Positions 19,264-28,194 of a DNA stretch of 43,897 nucleotides are shown here, piece by piece. Origin of the DNA: a phage; the NCBI GenBank assembly GCA_026329315.1, contig GCA_026329315.1_4342.1; one strand, given 5' to 3'. A model generated the notes under the pieces. That model worked only from the letters and a program-made list of their open reading frames with translations, ran no database searches and was not told the origin of the DNA. Made by a program: the position numbers and the translations under genes. Every line of letters starts with the position of its first letter. Within the stretch, counting starts at the first letter, position 1.

Positions 19264-19967
19264 TATTTTTTCCTCAGGGCTTTAAGTTGCCGTTCAAATT
19301 CGGCAGGGTTCGATTCGTACAGAGCGATACGCTCCGCTTCACTCATGTCTTTAAACGCTGGTGCGGCCCCGCCGCCTTTGCTACCGGAAGCCCCGCCGCC
19401 GGAAGCTGCATTTGCTTTAATCAAATGTGAAAACGCTTTGTGTTCTCGCAAGTATTTGCGGAACTGTTCCGGGTCAGTCGTGATTACGTTGCCGTCTGCG
19501 CCAACAAACTTAGTAACCACATCATCGCCTTCGAACTCAGTCTTAACGAACGGCGCAAGAATGTCCACTGCTTCTGGGGTAATAAAGTCACCCGCGAAAG
19601 AGCCTAGCACCGCTTTACGTTCGCTGCCGAGGATACGCTCTGCCATTCTGGAGATGCGACCGTCTTTCTCGGCTAACACCGGGTCATACTGGCTACGAAT
19701 CGTCTTTTCGAACTCATCCATCTTACCAGCGGCTTTTAACGCCTCCTGGTGCGCGCGCTGCCGTTCTTCTTCGGCCTCTTTTGCTTTGCGAGCGGCTTCT
19801 TTCTTCTCCGCCAACAATGCTTCCTGATTAGCCTTAAGCCCGGCAACTTCTTTCTCAATCAGCGCCTGAACTTCTTCAGCGGTGAACATTTTCGGCGCGT
19901 CACCGCCACCAGCTTTATCTTCTGCCCCAGCTTCTTCCTGGAACGGATAACGTAAAAAACGATTCAT
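19263..19967 (-). CDS. scaffolding protein
   Basis: E/K/A-rich coiled-coil protein upstream of capsid gene; start chosen at first ATG (track start is TTG at 20021). Confidence 0.5.
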   Translation of the reverse strand: MNRFLRYPFQEEAGAEDKAGGGDAPKMFTAEEVQALIEKEVAGLKANQEALLAEKKEAARKAKEAEEERQRAHQEALKAAGKMDEFEKTIRSQYDPVLAEKDGRISRMAERILGSERKAVLGSFAGDFITPEAVDILAPFVKTEFEGDDVVTKFVGADGNVITTDPEQFRKYLREHKAFSHLIKANAASGGGASGSKGGGAAPAFKDMSEAERIALYESNPAEFERQLKALRKK

Positions 19968-20049
19968 AGTCAGTATGTCCCCTGGACGTTGGAACCCGGG
20001 CCACCCGGATTTACATGTCAAGAATAAATTATTCCAACATGCAAGGCAA

Positions 20050-20313
20050 CTATTCCAGAATATTCCTCACATAATCCTGCAACTGGAATACTTTCAGACG
20101 CAGTTGCCGCACGCATTCGGCGTTCTGAACGTCTATAGCCAAATCCTCGTCAGCATCGCTACTTGGCGCTGCCAGTTTGCACGGAGGCTGCATCATCGTC
20201 GTATCCGGTAATGGAATTAGCGTTTGCGACGGCGCGGGACTTGAGCTGCACGCGCTCAGGGTCAAAAGTGCACCCGCTGCGACCAGGCGTTTTAATGTAC
20301 TTAACGACTTCAC
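20050..20313 (-). CDS. o-spanin (Rz1-like outer-membrane lipoprotein)
   Basis: Signal peptide with lipobox LTLSAC, proline-rich mature region; GTG start with GAGGTGA RBS; overlaps the Rz-like gene out of frame. Confidence 0.6.
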   Translation of the reverse strand: MKSLSTLKRLVAAGALLTLSACSSSPAPSQTLIPLPDTTMMQPPCKLAAPSSDADEDLAIDVQNAECVRQLRLKVFQLQDYVRNILE

Positions 20314-20545
20314 GGGTAATCACCTCTGATTTCGTCTTGCCTTTGGAATCGGCGGCGGCGGCCTTAGATTCGTCCTGCTGCTGCCGTTGTGTTTTCTTAG
20401 CTAACTCAGCCTGTGCTTTTTGCTGTTGCTGCGAAACGAGATTAGCGCGGCCTTCGTGCCAGCCGCTGCGGTACTGATAAATGCCGTGTGTGTAAGCCAG
20501 GATGATGAAACATGCTCCTGCTACGACGGTTGCTTTAAGATTCAT
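20159..20545 (-). CDS. i-spanin (Rz-like)
   Basis: N-terminal TM helix, Q/A/K-rich coiled-coil periplasmic region; AAAGGAG RBS. Confidence 0.6.
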   Translation of the reverse strand: MNLKATVVAGACFIILAYTHGIYQYRSGWHEGRANLVSQQQQKAQAELAKKTQRQQQDESKAAAADSKGKTKSEVITREVVKYIKTPGRSGCTFDPERVQLKSRAVANANSITGYDDDAASVQTGSAK

Positions 20546-20796
20546 GTTTCTCCTTTCTCGATAAGTAAAGCCCCGCCTTAAAGCGGGGCGCTAGTCCTTA
20601 TCATTTAAACATAGAAACGGCGTAATCTCAGTAAACCAGTTACTTTTTACACAAGCAATAGAGTATGGCCCTTCCGAACGCGTCAGCGTAACTACACTCA
20701 GGACTTACGTCCCGCTCCGTTACCTGCCCGCGCCGCGGTCGCTTGTTCATACTTCACAAGCTCAGGTGGAGCTTATCATATTTTTAGTGAAAAGTC

Positions 20797-20812
20797 AACT
20801 ATTCGAATAGTT
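20797..20812. repeat. perfect 16-bp palindrome AACTATTCGAATAGTT
   Basis: Read directly; half-sites match the promoter-embedded palindrome but in everted arrangement. Confidence 0.7.
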
Positions 20813-20864
20813 TATTCCAACATTTACAATTGAGCGGAATAACTGGAATAAGTAAATAAATAGT

Positions 20865-20893
20865 TTGCACACCCCAATATAATAGGGTACTAT
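20865..20893 (+). promoter_or_regulatory. sigma70-like promoter TTGCAC-N17-TACTAT with palindrome ATAGGGTACTAT
   Basis: Near-identical to the 11403 promoter; precedes + strand gene at 20921. Confidence 0.5.
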
Positions 20894-20920
20894 TCAGTTA
20901 ACTTAAGCAGGAGGTGAAAA

Positions 20921-21124
20921 ATGTATGCAATTTGCGAAGTAGTTCAAGAGTTCGATGAAGAGTTCGACGGTGACTTGTGCCGTGTTAAAAAGGTTCTGCA
21001 GGTTTTCCCTGACGCAATGTCTGCTTACAAGGCATTAGATGTATTTGAACCTGGAAGATACGGGGATTATGACACTGTTCTGAGGGTCGTCCACGAGCAG
21101 GATTTAAACACAAGATTCCGTTGA
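20921..21124 (+). CDS. small acidic protein (67 aa), opposite-strand moron
   Basis: AGGAGG RBS, own promoter and terminator, inserted between head genes. Confidence 0.55.
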   Translation: MYAICEVVQEFDEEFDGDLCRVKKVLQVFPDAMSAYKALDVFEPGRYGDYDTVLRVVHEQDLNTRFR

Positions 21125-21131
21125 AAACTAA

Positions 21132-21155
21132 GGCCCCTTAATGGGGCCTTTTATC
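21132..21155. terminator. bidirectional rho-independent terminator (GGCCCC-TTAAT-GGGGCC)
   Basis: GC stem followed by TTTTATC on + strand and TTAGTTTTC on - strand. Confidence 0.6.
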
Positions 21156-21615
21156 ATTCGGGCTTAGTGACCTTCGCAGCTTTACTGACAGCCTCTACAC
21201 CATCAGCATCGGTAACTTTAACGAAGTATTCACCAACTGCATTAACCGTCAGAGACAAGGCCTCTTCCGGGGCGTTTACCACTTCCTTACCGTCTTTGTA
21301 CCAGGTCAGAGCATACGGTGCTTTACCCGCCTTAACTTCGACAGTGATAGTTGCGCTGCCATCTGTAAGTTCAGTGTCTTTCGGTTGCACAGAGAAATAC
21401 ACGTCACCAGCGTCCGCCAGATACGGAATTTCATAAAGCATACCAGCGGCAGAGAGTGCGATACCTGTCTTGTCTGCAAACGGCGTATCGTCTACTGGTG
21501 TACCGAGTACACTTTCATCTTCAATAAACACCACGTTCTCGCCAGAGCCAGACACGCGGGCGTACTGGACTACGCGACGCGACGGTACATCAGTTACTTT
21601 GAAAAAGCCCATCAT
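21154..21615 (-). CDS. Ig-like domain protein (possible head decoration)
   Basis: C-terminal motif APYALTWYKDGKEV resembles bacterial Ig-like domain; paralogous in motif to 17585-17935. Confidence 0.4.
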   Translation of the reverse strand: MMGFFKVTDVPSRRVVQYARVSGSGENVVFIEDESVLGTPVDDTPFADKTGIALSAAGMLYEIPYLADAGDVYFSVQPKDTELTDGSATITVEVKAGKAPYALTWYKDGKEVVNAPEEALSLTVNAVGEYFVKVTDADGVEAVSKAAKVTKPE

Positions 21616-22691
21616 TATTCCCCTTTCAGATAATCAGCAACACGTTTATCGAGTTCCGCCATCTGCTTAAGCGTGAGCGGATTCCCGAAACCATCTACAG
21701 ATATTACGCGAAACTCTTCCGGCGATATACCGCTGTTACGGAAAATCTTACCTCGCACCGGGCCGAGGGCCTGGTCCTGAAACCACGCCGGTTGTTGTTT
21801 AAGGAACTCGTAGTAAGTGGTGTCTGCGCTTACCTGAGTACCGCCGTCCGCACCCTTAGCCGCACGTTTTGCGCCTTTATCAAGGAAGTCGAACTCTGAA
21901 CTGATTACCGGTGCAGTGGTACTTCGGCAATTAGGATGGGCTGGTGGCATCGGACCTTTACCGATTTCCCACGTCATTCCGTCTCTGGCCCTGCAAATCG
22001 TGCTGGTACGGCTGTCCAAAGTTGACACCCACTCATATTTCTCGATGATGTCGTCGTTCTGGCGGTACGTCTCGTTACGGGCCTCGTTGGATACGTGGGA
22101 CAGCGCGGTGCGGATTACCGTAGTCGCGTTACGTTCTGAGATGTCGGCTAGTCCACCAGCGCCAACAACATTCTTAACAATCTGCCGTGTGGTTTGACCT
22201 TGCACAAAGCCCATCTTAACTCCAGTTACAAGACGTGCTACTTCCGTTTCGCCCCATCCAGACATCAGCTTGGTGAAATCAACGGGCTTGTCGCTCAATG
22301 ATAATGGTTGAAACTCGGCAGCGGCCCATACCTGCTCAGCGGTAGGCGTAACAAATTCCGCGTCTACGTTGGCGGTCAGTGTCTTTACGTTCCACTCAGC
22401 CTCATACGCCGCCAGTTCCTTAAGGTCTTCTGTCAGCTTTGTCTGCCAGTCGCCCGTAAGCCCCACCAGTGCTTCTTCAAGGTCGCGTAACAGTTTATTC
22501 AGTCGCGCGGTGCTACGCCCGTCGTCACCGAATAACAGCACCTGCCGTTTTATTTCGTCCCGCATCTCCTGAATGAACGGTGCTAGGTCTTTCACTTCAC
22601 CAGATGCGGTGCGTTGCAGCCATATCTGATGGCTGATTAGGGATGTAAGTAAGCTCATAGATAAACCCTGTGGCGCTAAAGTTAATAGCAT
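21615..22691 (-). CDS. head morphogenesis protein (Mu F / SPP1 gp7-like)
   Basis: 358 aa ORF directly downstream of portal gene. Confidence 0.45.
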   Translation of the reverse strand: MLLTLAPQGLSMSLLTSLISHQIWLQRTASGEVKDLAPFIQEMRDEIKRQVLLFGDDGRSTARLNKLLRDLEEALVGLTGDWQTKLTEDLKELAAYEAEWNVKTLTANVDAEFVTPTAEQVWAAAEFQPLSLSDKPVDFTKLMSGWGETEVARLVTGVKMGFVQGQTTRQIVKNVVGAGGLADISERNATTVIRTALSHVSNEARNETYRQNDDIIEKYEWVSTLDSRTSTICRARDGMTWEIGKGPMPPAHPNCRSTTAPVISSEFDFLDKGAKRAAKGADGGTQVSADTTYYEFLKQQPAWFQDQALGPVRGKIFRNSGISPEEFRVISVDGFGNPLTLKQMAELDKRVADYLKGE

Positions 22692-22727
22692 ACTATAAGA
22701 AAGCCCCTTTCGGGGCTATAGGTGAAC

Positions 22728-24209
22728 TTACTGCTGAGTGGTGTCCTGTTGCTGCGCCGACTGCGGAATCTCTCCCGCTACCTGAGCAACAGAACCCAAC
22801 GGCAGAGGTGCGTCTTCAATAGCGTTCTGAATGTCCTCATCTGTCCAGTCAGTCACACCTGCCTTGCGCAACGCAGCATAGTAAGCGGTGGCGGGTAGCA
22901 GGCCAGCGTTAATATCCGCCATCCACTGAGCGCGGTCCTGAGCTGTCATAGGTTGCAGGAAGAATTCCATATTCAGCTTGAACTCAATCTCAGTATCTTC
23001 ACTAAGCCCAAGCATACCCGCAACCCAGCGCAACGCATCGGTATACGCCATGCTTACATTACGTGCTATTGTTGCCATGACTGACGTGTCGGCGCCGCGT
23101 TGCAGGCGGGCCGATTCCGCGGTGATTTGCTGCGTCGGGGTGATAAGCTGCGCGCCAATCTGGATGGCCTGATTCTCTTTATCCAGCATATTCTGTTTGG
23201 CGAGGTTAGTTTCCGCCGCCTGAACCAGAAACGCATTTCCGCCGGAGCCGATGTTGTGGCCTGAACGCGACCCCATGCGTATGCCGTGTGGGTTGGCTTC
23301 TTTCCACTGCTCCATGCTCATGTTCTCGCCGGGGGCAATGAACAGTGTCGGTTGACCTACTATAAAGCTGGCCTCTTCCACATCGGCCGAATTTCTGAAG
23401 TGTCCTATATTTAGCTCAGCTAACGGCAGTAAAGGCGCATCGTCTATAGTGGCGTCGTTGTTGCTTGCGCCAATGAACGTGAACGGGATTTTACCGCGCA
23501 ACTGTTCGCCGAGTTCCGGGAAGATTTCGATTACTTCATCCTGTGCGCCACCTTCGGCATCGAAGCGGTAGATGCGCTGGCGGTAGCGACCGTCAATCAG
23601 GTCAAGGACGCGGTATTGCTCGCCGAATTTTGTTTCAAACTCAGCGCCTGGTTCCGAGTATTCCCATGCCTCACGCAATACAACCATCGTCACGCGGTTC
23701 ACTGAACCGATGCGGGTGAGTCTCCAGTTGATAATGTTCTCCGCGGTATAGAATGCGATTACCGGGTTTAATAATCCCGCGTTCTGTTCGGCTGCCGTTG
23801 CCGCGGCTGTCTCCGGGGCGTCCACCAGCAACCCGCCACGACCCACCGAATCAATCTCCATTAGCGTATCCTGTGCGTGCTGCCACAGCCCGACACCAGA
23901 ACCGTCCGCGTTACGTAACAGGTACTCCAGTTCAGGCGGTATAATCTGCTCGGGGTCTTTGCGCATGACACTGCCGACCATCCCCGCCAGCGTTCTCTTG
24001 GTGAAGTTGTAACAGATAGCGCCGTTCTCGTATTCTTCCTGGCGCTGTGCCGCGTAGGTCGGGTCCGGCTCATTCTTCCCAACGTTGCGCAGATAGCGGA
24101 TAAGGTCGCCTTCCAGCGCGTGGCGCACCTTCTGCCATTTATCGAAGTGGTGCAGCCATTCCCGGTGTTTTGTCTTAACACCCTGATTCTGACCGTTCAT
24201 AGTTAACAT
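22728..24209 (-). CDS. portal protein
   Basis: 493 aa, directly downstream of terminase large subunit; AAGAGGA RBS. Confidence 0.6.
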   Translation of the reverse strand: MLTMNGQNQGVKTKHREWLHHFDKWQKVRHALEGDLIRYLRNVGKNEPDPTYAAQRQEEYENGAICYNFTKRTLAGMVGSVMRKDPEQIIPPELEYLLRNADGSGVGLWQHAQDTLMEIDSVGRGGLLVDAPETAAATAAEQNAGLLNPVIAFYTAENIINWRLTRIGSVNRVTMVVLREAWEYSEPGAEFETKFGEQYRVLDLIDGRYRQRIYRFDAEGGAQDEVIEIFPELGEQLRGKIPFTFIGASNNDATIDDAPLLPLAELNIGHFRNSADVEEASFIVGQPTLFIAPGENMSMEQWKEANPHGIRMGSRSGHNIGSGGNAFLVQAAETNLAKQNMLDKENQAIQIGAQLITPTQQITAESARLQRGADTSVMATIARNVSMAYTDALRWVAGMLGLSEDTEIEFKLNMEFFLQPMTAQDRAQWMADINAGLLPATAYYAALRKAGVTDWTDEDIQNAIEDAPLPLGSVAQVAGEIPQSAQQQDTTQQ

Positions 24210-24221
24210 TGAATAATCCTC

Positions 24222-25493
24222 TTAAAGTGCGAAAGTCACCGGGACATTAATAACTGGTTTGCGAATCGGCATTTCATACGCGATAGGATATGTGGTCCCG
24301 TCGTTCGGGTGGTCCACACCACCCGATTTATCTGGTTCGCCGTTCTTGTCGTAAGCCTGTTGCTCAAGGCATCGCGCCGTAACCGGGCATGCCTGCTCAT
24401 TAATCATGACCATACCAGATTCAAGCGCCTTGTTCATTGCTGATACGCGGTCTTTAACCGACGGGTTTGTTGATTTGGCGCGTACTTCGAAACCGGCCTG
24501 CTGTAACTGAGCGATGTCTGAGGTACTGGCGTTGTTGCTTTTACGGTTTTTGCCGCTGGCGTCCGGGTACATAACGATATAGTGGCCCTTACTTTTCCAT
24601 CGCTCAGTTATGGCCCGCACTACGTCAGGCGTATCGAACATATCAACCAACTCGGCAACAGCGTGCCAGACCTTACCGCGTTGCACGTAAACCGTGCTCG
24701 CCATGTGACCTACGTTAAAGTCCTGCCCAATATACAGAGTCTCGCCGGGATTGATTGTTTCGCGACTGCTGTTTTTCCTGCGGTCGTAAGCATAGTATAC
24801 CGTTCCGGACGTGAGGTTTACGAACTTGCCGTCGATGTAGGCGTCAATCAACTGACCTGGGTATGTGTCGCGTAACGACTGCACATAATCTTCTGGCAGG
24901 AACGGGTTAGACAGGGTGGACGCCTGAATCATCTCGTAGCCTGGATTCTTTTTGACTACCCAGCGGTCATGTACGAAACGGAATCCTTCCGGAGTAGTGA
25001 ACACGGAAACGGTATTAGCAGGTTTCGGTGTAATAGGTTTATATGTCCGCGGCAACTGGCGGTTACGGGCGATGACTTTGTTCCACGCGTGCTCGGCGTG
25101 CTCCATGTTAAGGGTGTCCAACTCGTCGATTTTCGCACGAAACGATTCGTAGCCAACGATTCTTGCTGGATTATCAAGTGTACGCAGAACAAAATCCCCA
25201 AATTGTCCGGAAGACGTATAGATTATGTTGTCAGACTTGTTGTATTTGTACCGGATACCCCAGTCGGTGAGCTTTTCTTCCATACGCGGTGCAAGGATGA
25301 GGCGCACCAGGTCATAGGTCGGCTCATACATGGCGATGATAGAATCGCTACCACCTTCCATGCTGTCGAGTAGTGCAGAGTTGCACATAACTTCGGATTT
25401 ACCCGTACCGAAGCCAGCTACGAATGCCGGAAACTTGCAATGCATACCGAGAAACGCGCCTTGCGGCTCCGTTGCCGTGATATTAACGTTCAC
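24222..25493 (-). CDS. terminase large subunit
   Basis: Walker A-like GFGTGKS near N-terminus; GTG start with AAGGTGGTG RBS overlapping small-subunit stop. Confidence 0.7.
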   Translation of the reverse strand: MNVNITATEPQGAFLGMHCKFPAFVAGFGTGKSEVMCNSALLDSMEGGSDSIIAMYEPTYDLVRLILAPRMEEKLTDWGIRYKYNKSDNIIYTSSGQFGDFVLRTLDNPARIVGYESFRAKIDELDTLNMEHAEHAWNKVIARNRQLPRTYKPITPKPANTVSVFTTPEGFRFVHDRWVVKKNPGYEMIQASTLSNPFLPEDYVQSLRDTYPGQLIDAYIDGKFVNLTSGTVYYAYDRRKNSSRETINPGETLYIGQDFNVGHMASTVYVQRGKVWHAVAELVDMFDTPDVVRAITERWKSKGHYIVMYPDASGKNRKSNNASTSDIAQLQQAGFEVRAKSTNPSVKDRVSAMNKALESGMVMINEQACPVTARCLEQQAYDKNGEPDKSGGVDHPNDGTTYPIAYEMPIRKPVINVPVTFAL

Positions 25494-25992
25494 CGGACAC
25501 CACCTTAATTGTTACTTCGCTGATTGGCTCGTCGCGTACTTCTTCGGCGACAACTGTTTTATTCAGGCCCAGTTTCGCGGCAGCAAACGTAGCCGAGATG
25601 CCCGCGGCCCCTGTCTCAGTGAAGTATGCCTCTTCCAGGGCCTGGGCGGTTTCGTATGCTTCTGCAAATGCTGGAATCTCGCGCAGCCACAGCTTAATTA
25701 TCGGGATAGTTACGCCGATGTGTAAGGCGAAGCGGGCCAGTGACGGCGGCTTATCCTGAATCAGTGGGCGTTCATCACCCTTAGACGTTGGCACAAGCTC
25801 CCACGACGTGCGGTCAAAGAAACGAATCAATTCGTCGCAATAGTCCGGGTCCCACAGCGCAGCGGAATTACGGGATGATTGATAAAGGCTCTGTTTACCG
25901 CGCGGTTGTTTACGGCGACGGTTTGCGCTAACAGCTTCTTCATGTGCAGCTTGCACCACCTCTGGCGATGGCTGCTTAAGTTTCAGCTTCAT
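25483..25992 (-). CDS. terminase small subunit
   Basis: Immediately upstream of large subunit; ATG at 25992 with AAGGGG RBS. Confidence 0.5.
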   Translation of the reverse strand: MKLKLKQPSPEVVQAAHEEAVSANRRRKQPRGKQSLYQSSRNSAALWDPDYCDELIRFFDRTSWELVPTSKGDERPLIQDKPPSLARFALHIGVTIPIIKLWLREIPAFAEAYETAQALEEAYFTETGAAGISATFAAAKLGLNKTVVAEEVRDEPISEVTIKVVSGER

Positions 25993-26057
25993 AGAATCCC
26001 CTTGCATATGCGTCTGACCATCAGAGCGCACCAGACGCGCCCTACGCGTCTAAATAG

Positions 26058-26087
26058 ATTATATAAGGGGATTGGGCGGGATGTACA
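26058..26087 (-). promoter_or_regulatory. candidate promoter TGTACA-N18-TATAAT upstream of terminase small subunit
   Basis: Read on - strand; a 7-bp inverted repeat AGACGCG/CGCGTCT lies just downstream at 26034-26052. Confidence 0.3.
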
Positions 26088-26092
26088 GAAAA

Positions 26093-26108
26093 GCCCTCCG
26101 TAGAGGGC
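26093..26108 (-). terminator. candidate rho-independent terminator (GCCCTC-CGTA-GAGGGC)
   Basis: GC stem followed by short T-run on - strand. Confidence 0.35.
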
Positions 26109-26211
26109 TTGTATCAGTTGTATAGGCCGTGTCGTTGCGCTCTTTTACCGTCGCCGCCGTAATGGTCGTTGGCTACGGGAATGGCCCAGGCGTTAGGGAT
26201 GATTAGTAGTC

Positions 26212-26394
26212 TCATTTGAAAAACCACAAAAGGATGCCTGCCACGCCTGATACACCCATGCCTAAAAACATAGGCCACCACAGGTAACGAGGGAGACTGT
26301 TAAACAGAGTCGGTTGTTTTATCAGCACACCGAGAAAGGCCAGCCAAAACACCAGGTCACCAGCAACATTCGTAGCCCTCAAAATCTCAATCAT
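26212..26394 (-). CDS. small two-TM membrane protein
   Basis: ATG start; two hydrophobic segments. Confidence 0.4.
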   Translation of the reverse strand: MIEILRATNVAGDLVFWLAFLGVLIKQPTLFNSLPRYLWWPMFLGMGVSGVAGILLWFFK

Positions 26395-26627
26395 TCCCCA
26401 CTCTCCCCTTTAGCAATGCGTTGCTCAGTTTTAGTGATACCTCGGCGCGTGAATAACACCGGGCTTGTCTTAACATGTGTCATCAGACGATTGTTATAAA
26501 TTACGTGGCGCTCGCAATCAACGTCTTTGCTGTACTTCGCAATCGTCATTTCGTTGATGCCGGTTTGCCGGCATGTCTCGGCCATCGTGCCGAATTCTTT
26601 AATCAGGTTCGGAATGCTGGTAATCAT
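26391..26627 (-). CDS. small HTH-like protein
   Basis: ATG at 26627 overlapping upstream stop; segment TMAETCRQTGINEMTIAKY resembles HTH. Confidence 0.35.
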   Translation of the reverse strand: MITSIPNLIKEFGTMAETCRQTGINEMTIAKYSKDVDCERHVIYNNRLMTHVKTSPVLFTRRGITKTEQRIAKGESGE

Positions 26628-26794
26628 CCTAAAAAATTCCTCGTTGTCCACATCGCATTCGGATATTTGTTATCGCGGTCCTGCACTACGGCAATCATGT
26701 TACCGCGTTGCACCAGGCAGAAATGCCGTTGTTGCTCGCCGTTGTAGCGACGCCAGATTGCTTCTTCGATTGCCGCGTTAATGTCACTGAACAT
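26624..26794 (-). CDS. small protein (56 aa, below ORF-track cutoff)
   Basis: ATGA overlap with downstream gene start. Confidence 0.3.
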   Translation of the reverse strand: MFSDINAAIEEAIWRRYNGEQQRHFCLVQRGNMIAVVQDRDNKYPNAMWTTRNFLG

Positions 26795-26881
26795 TAGTAT
26801 TTACCCCACAGAAACCCAACCAACAGCCCAATGAAGTAACTAAGACCCACCAGACCGATAACCACCTCGAGACTCATACTC

Positions 26882-27067
26882 TCACCCCGCTATCTCATCA
26901 CCAAGCCACGCCGTTTCTCGAATATCGCCAACCACACAAGCGGCGTGCTCACGGCTAATTGCAAAAATGTAGAAGCTAAACTTCTTCCCGTCGGCGTCGA
27001 TGTGGTAAACCGAGTATGGCTTCCACAGGACGCCATCGATAACTACTGGTTCAGGCGCTTTAGTCAT
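26882..27067 (-). CDS. hypothetical small protein
   Basis: ORF in run of translationally coupled small genes. Confidence 0.35.
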   Translation of the reverse strand: MTKAPEPVVIDGVLWKPYSVYHIDADGKKFSFYIFAISREHAACVVGDIRETAWLGDEIAG

Positions 27068-27356
27068 AGTCGTACACCATCCAGTTATCGAACAGCGGGA
27101 TAGATACCGCGGGGCCGTCGAACGCTAATTCTTCTTCGGTAGCGTAGTAACTTAGTGTCTGCGAACCTTCCTCGTCAAGGAACACTCCCGCGTATGCGCT
27201 GGGTTCCTGCTTCATAACGCCGAGGAGTATACGGAACGCCTCCAGCTGAAACTCACCGTTAATCGACAGTTGCCCGCCTAACGTCTGTTTCTCCGACTCA
27301 AGCACCAGAATACGGCGCTCGAGAGATGCGATTGTGATTTTAGGCATTGGTGTCAC
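27060..27356 (-). CDS. hypothetical small protein
   Basis: ORF in coupled small-gene run. Confidence 0.35.
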   Translation of the reverse strand: MTPMPKITIASLERRILVLESEKQTLGGQLSINGEFQLEAFRILLGVMKQEPSAYAGVFLDEEGSQTLSYYATEEELAFDGPAVSIPLFDNWMVYDYD

Positions 27357-27525
27357 CTTTGTTCAGGTTGAAGCGGTTAATCAGTTCACGGCGCGTCTCG
27401 TAAAGCGACTCGACCATTTGCTCGGCTACCGCGATTTTAGTATTCAGGACGCGCATCACGTGTCCGATGTCTACGCCGCTGTTAACGACCTCAACCATCA
27501 TCTTTTCGTATTCACGGTCGGTCAT
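27340..27525 (-). CDS. hypothetical small protein
   Basis: ATG start; coupled to upstream 52-aa ORF. Confidence 0.35.
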   Translation of the reverse strand: MTDREYEKMMVEVVNSGVDIGHVMRVLNTKIAVAEQMVESLYETRRELINRFNLNKGDTNA

Positions 27526-27680
27526 TCTTTACGCTCTCCCCACATGCGATTGAGATACTTGTTCTTGTCCGGCCCTGGGAAACTGTTACGTTTCATCAGT
27601 TCCTCGCGTGTCGGGAACGGGGTGTGATTGACTTTACGGCCTACTCGTAACGGCTGGCTTACTGGGCCTTGTTCGCTCAT
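27522..27680 (-). CDS. hypothetical small protein (52 aa, below cutoff)
   Basis: AGGAGAGAAGAA RBS; stop overlaps next ATG. Confidence 0.3.
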   Translation of the reverse strand: MSEQGPVSQPLRVGRKVNHTPFPTREELMKRNSFPGPDKNKYLNRMWGERKE

Positions 27681-27826
27681 TTCTTCTCTCCTGCATAAGC
27701 TGCTTTCAGTGCCTGCATCGCGGCGGCCCAGAACGCGTCGGCCGGGATATTACCGCTAAGGTTACCAACGGCGATGCGTGCCATCAGTTGCGCGTCTTCG
27801 AATGCATCGATATCTGTGATTTTCAT
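27677..27826 (-). CDS. hypothetical small protein (49 aa, below cutoff)
   Basis: Stop overlaps next ATG (GAAATGA). Confidence 0.25.
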   Translation of the reverse strand: MKITDIDAFEDAQLMARIAVGNLSGNIPADAFWAAAMQALKAAYAGEKK

Positions 27827-27934
27827 TTCCCAAAAACCCCTTTAGTTTTCAGATTATTGCGATAGAACTGCATCACATGTTCATTATGGAAGTTACTCAT
27901 CTTCTCTACTCCGTTCTCGTTGTCGATGAAGTAA

Positions 27935-27963
27935 ATATAATAGGGTCGAGGATAATAGTCAAC
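27935..27963 (-). promoter_or_regulatory. candidate sigma70 promoter TTGACT-N17-TATATT
   Basis: Read on - strand immediately downstream of the 27994 terminator. Confidence 0.4.
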
Positions 27964-27985
27964 TAGTCATCACAGAAAATAGATA

Positions 27986-28014
27986 AAAAAATCCCGGCTG
28001 GGTCAGGGCCGGGA
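27986..28014 (-). terminator. rho-independent terminator (CCCGGC ... GCCGGG + T7)
   Basis: GC stem followed by seven T on - strand. Confidence 0.55.
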
Positions 28015-28194
28015 GAAACAGAGAGCAGAGGGATGATACAGGAGGTTGGTGGAGCCAGTATGATGCTGCCGTTGTTGGGTGTCAACAGAGATTTCCGGCT
28101 CGCGTTACCGCACATCGGCTCGACCTTGCCACAGGTCCGCGCGGGTGATGATACCCGGAATGCCCGCAATGTTGTTTATCTTCTGTTGACGAAA

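Noticed and set aside
18670-19827. 385-aa + strand ORF antisense to the major capsid and scaffold genes
   Set aside because: Ser/Ala/Arg-rich low-complexity translation, no RBS, fully overlaps two well-supported - strand genes; typical antisense artefact in GC-rich coding DNA
27963-28169. 68-aa - strand ORF between two terminators
   Set aside because: Pro/Ser-rich low-complexity, no RBS, begins inside a terminator hairpin
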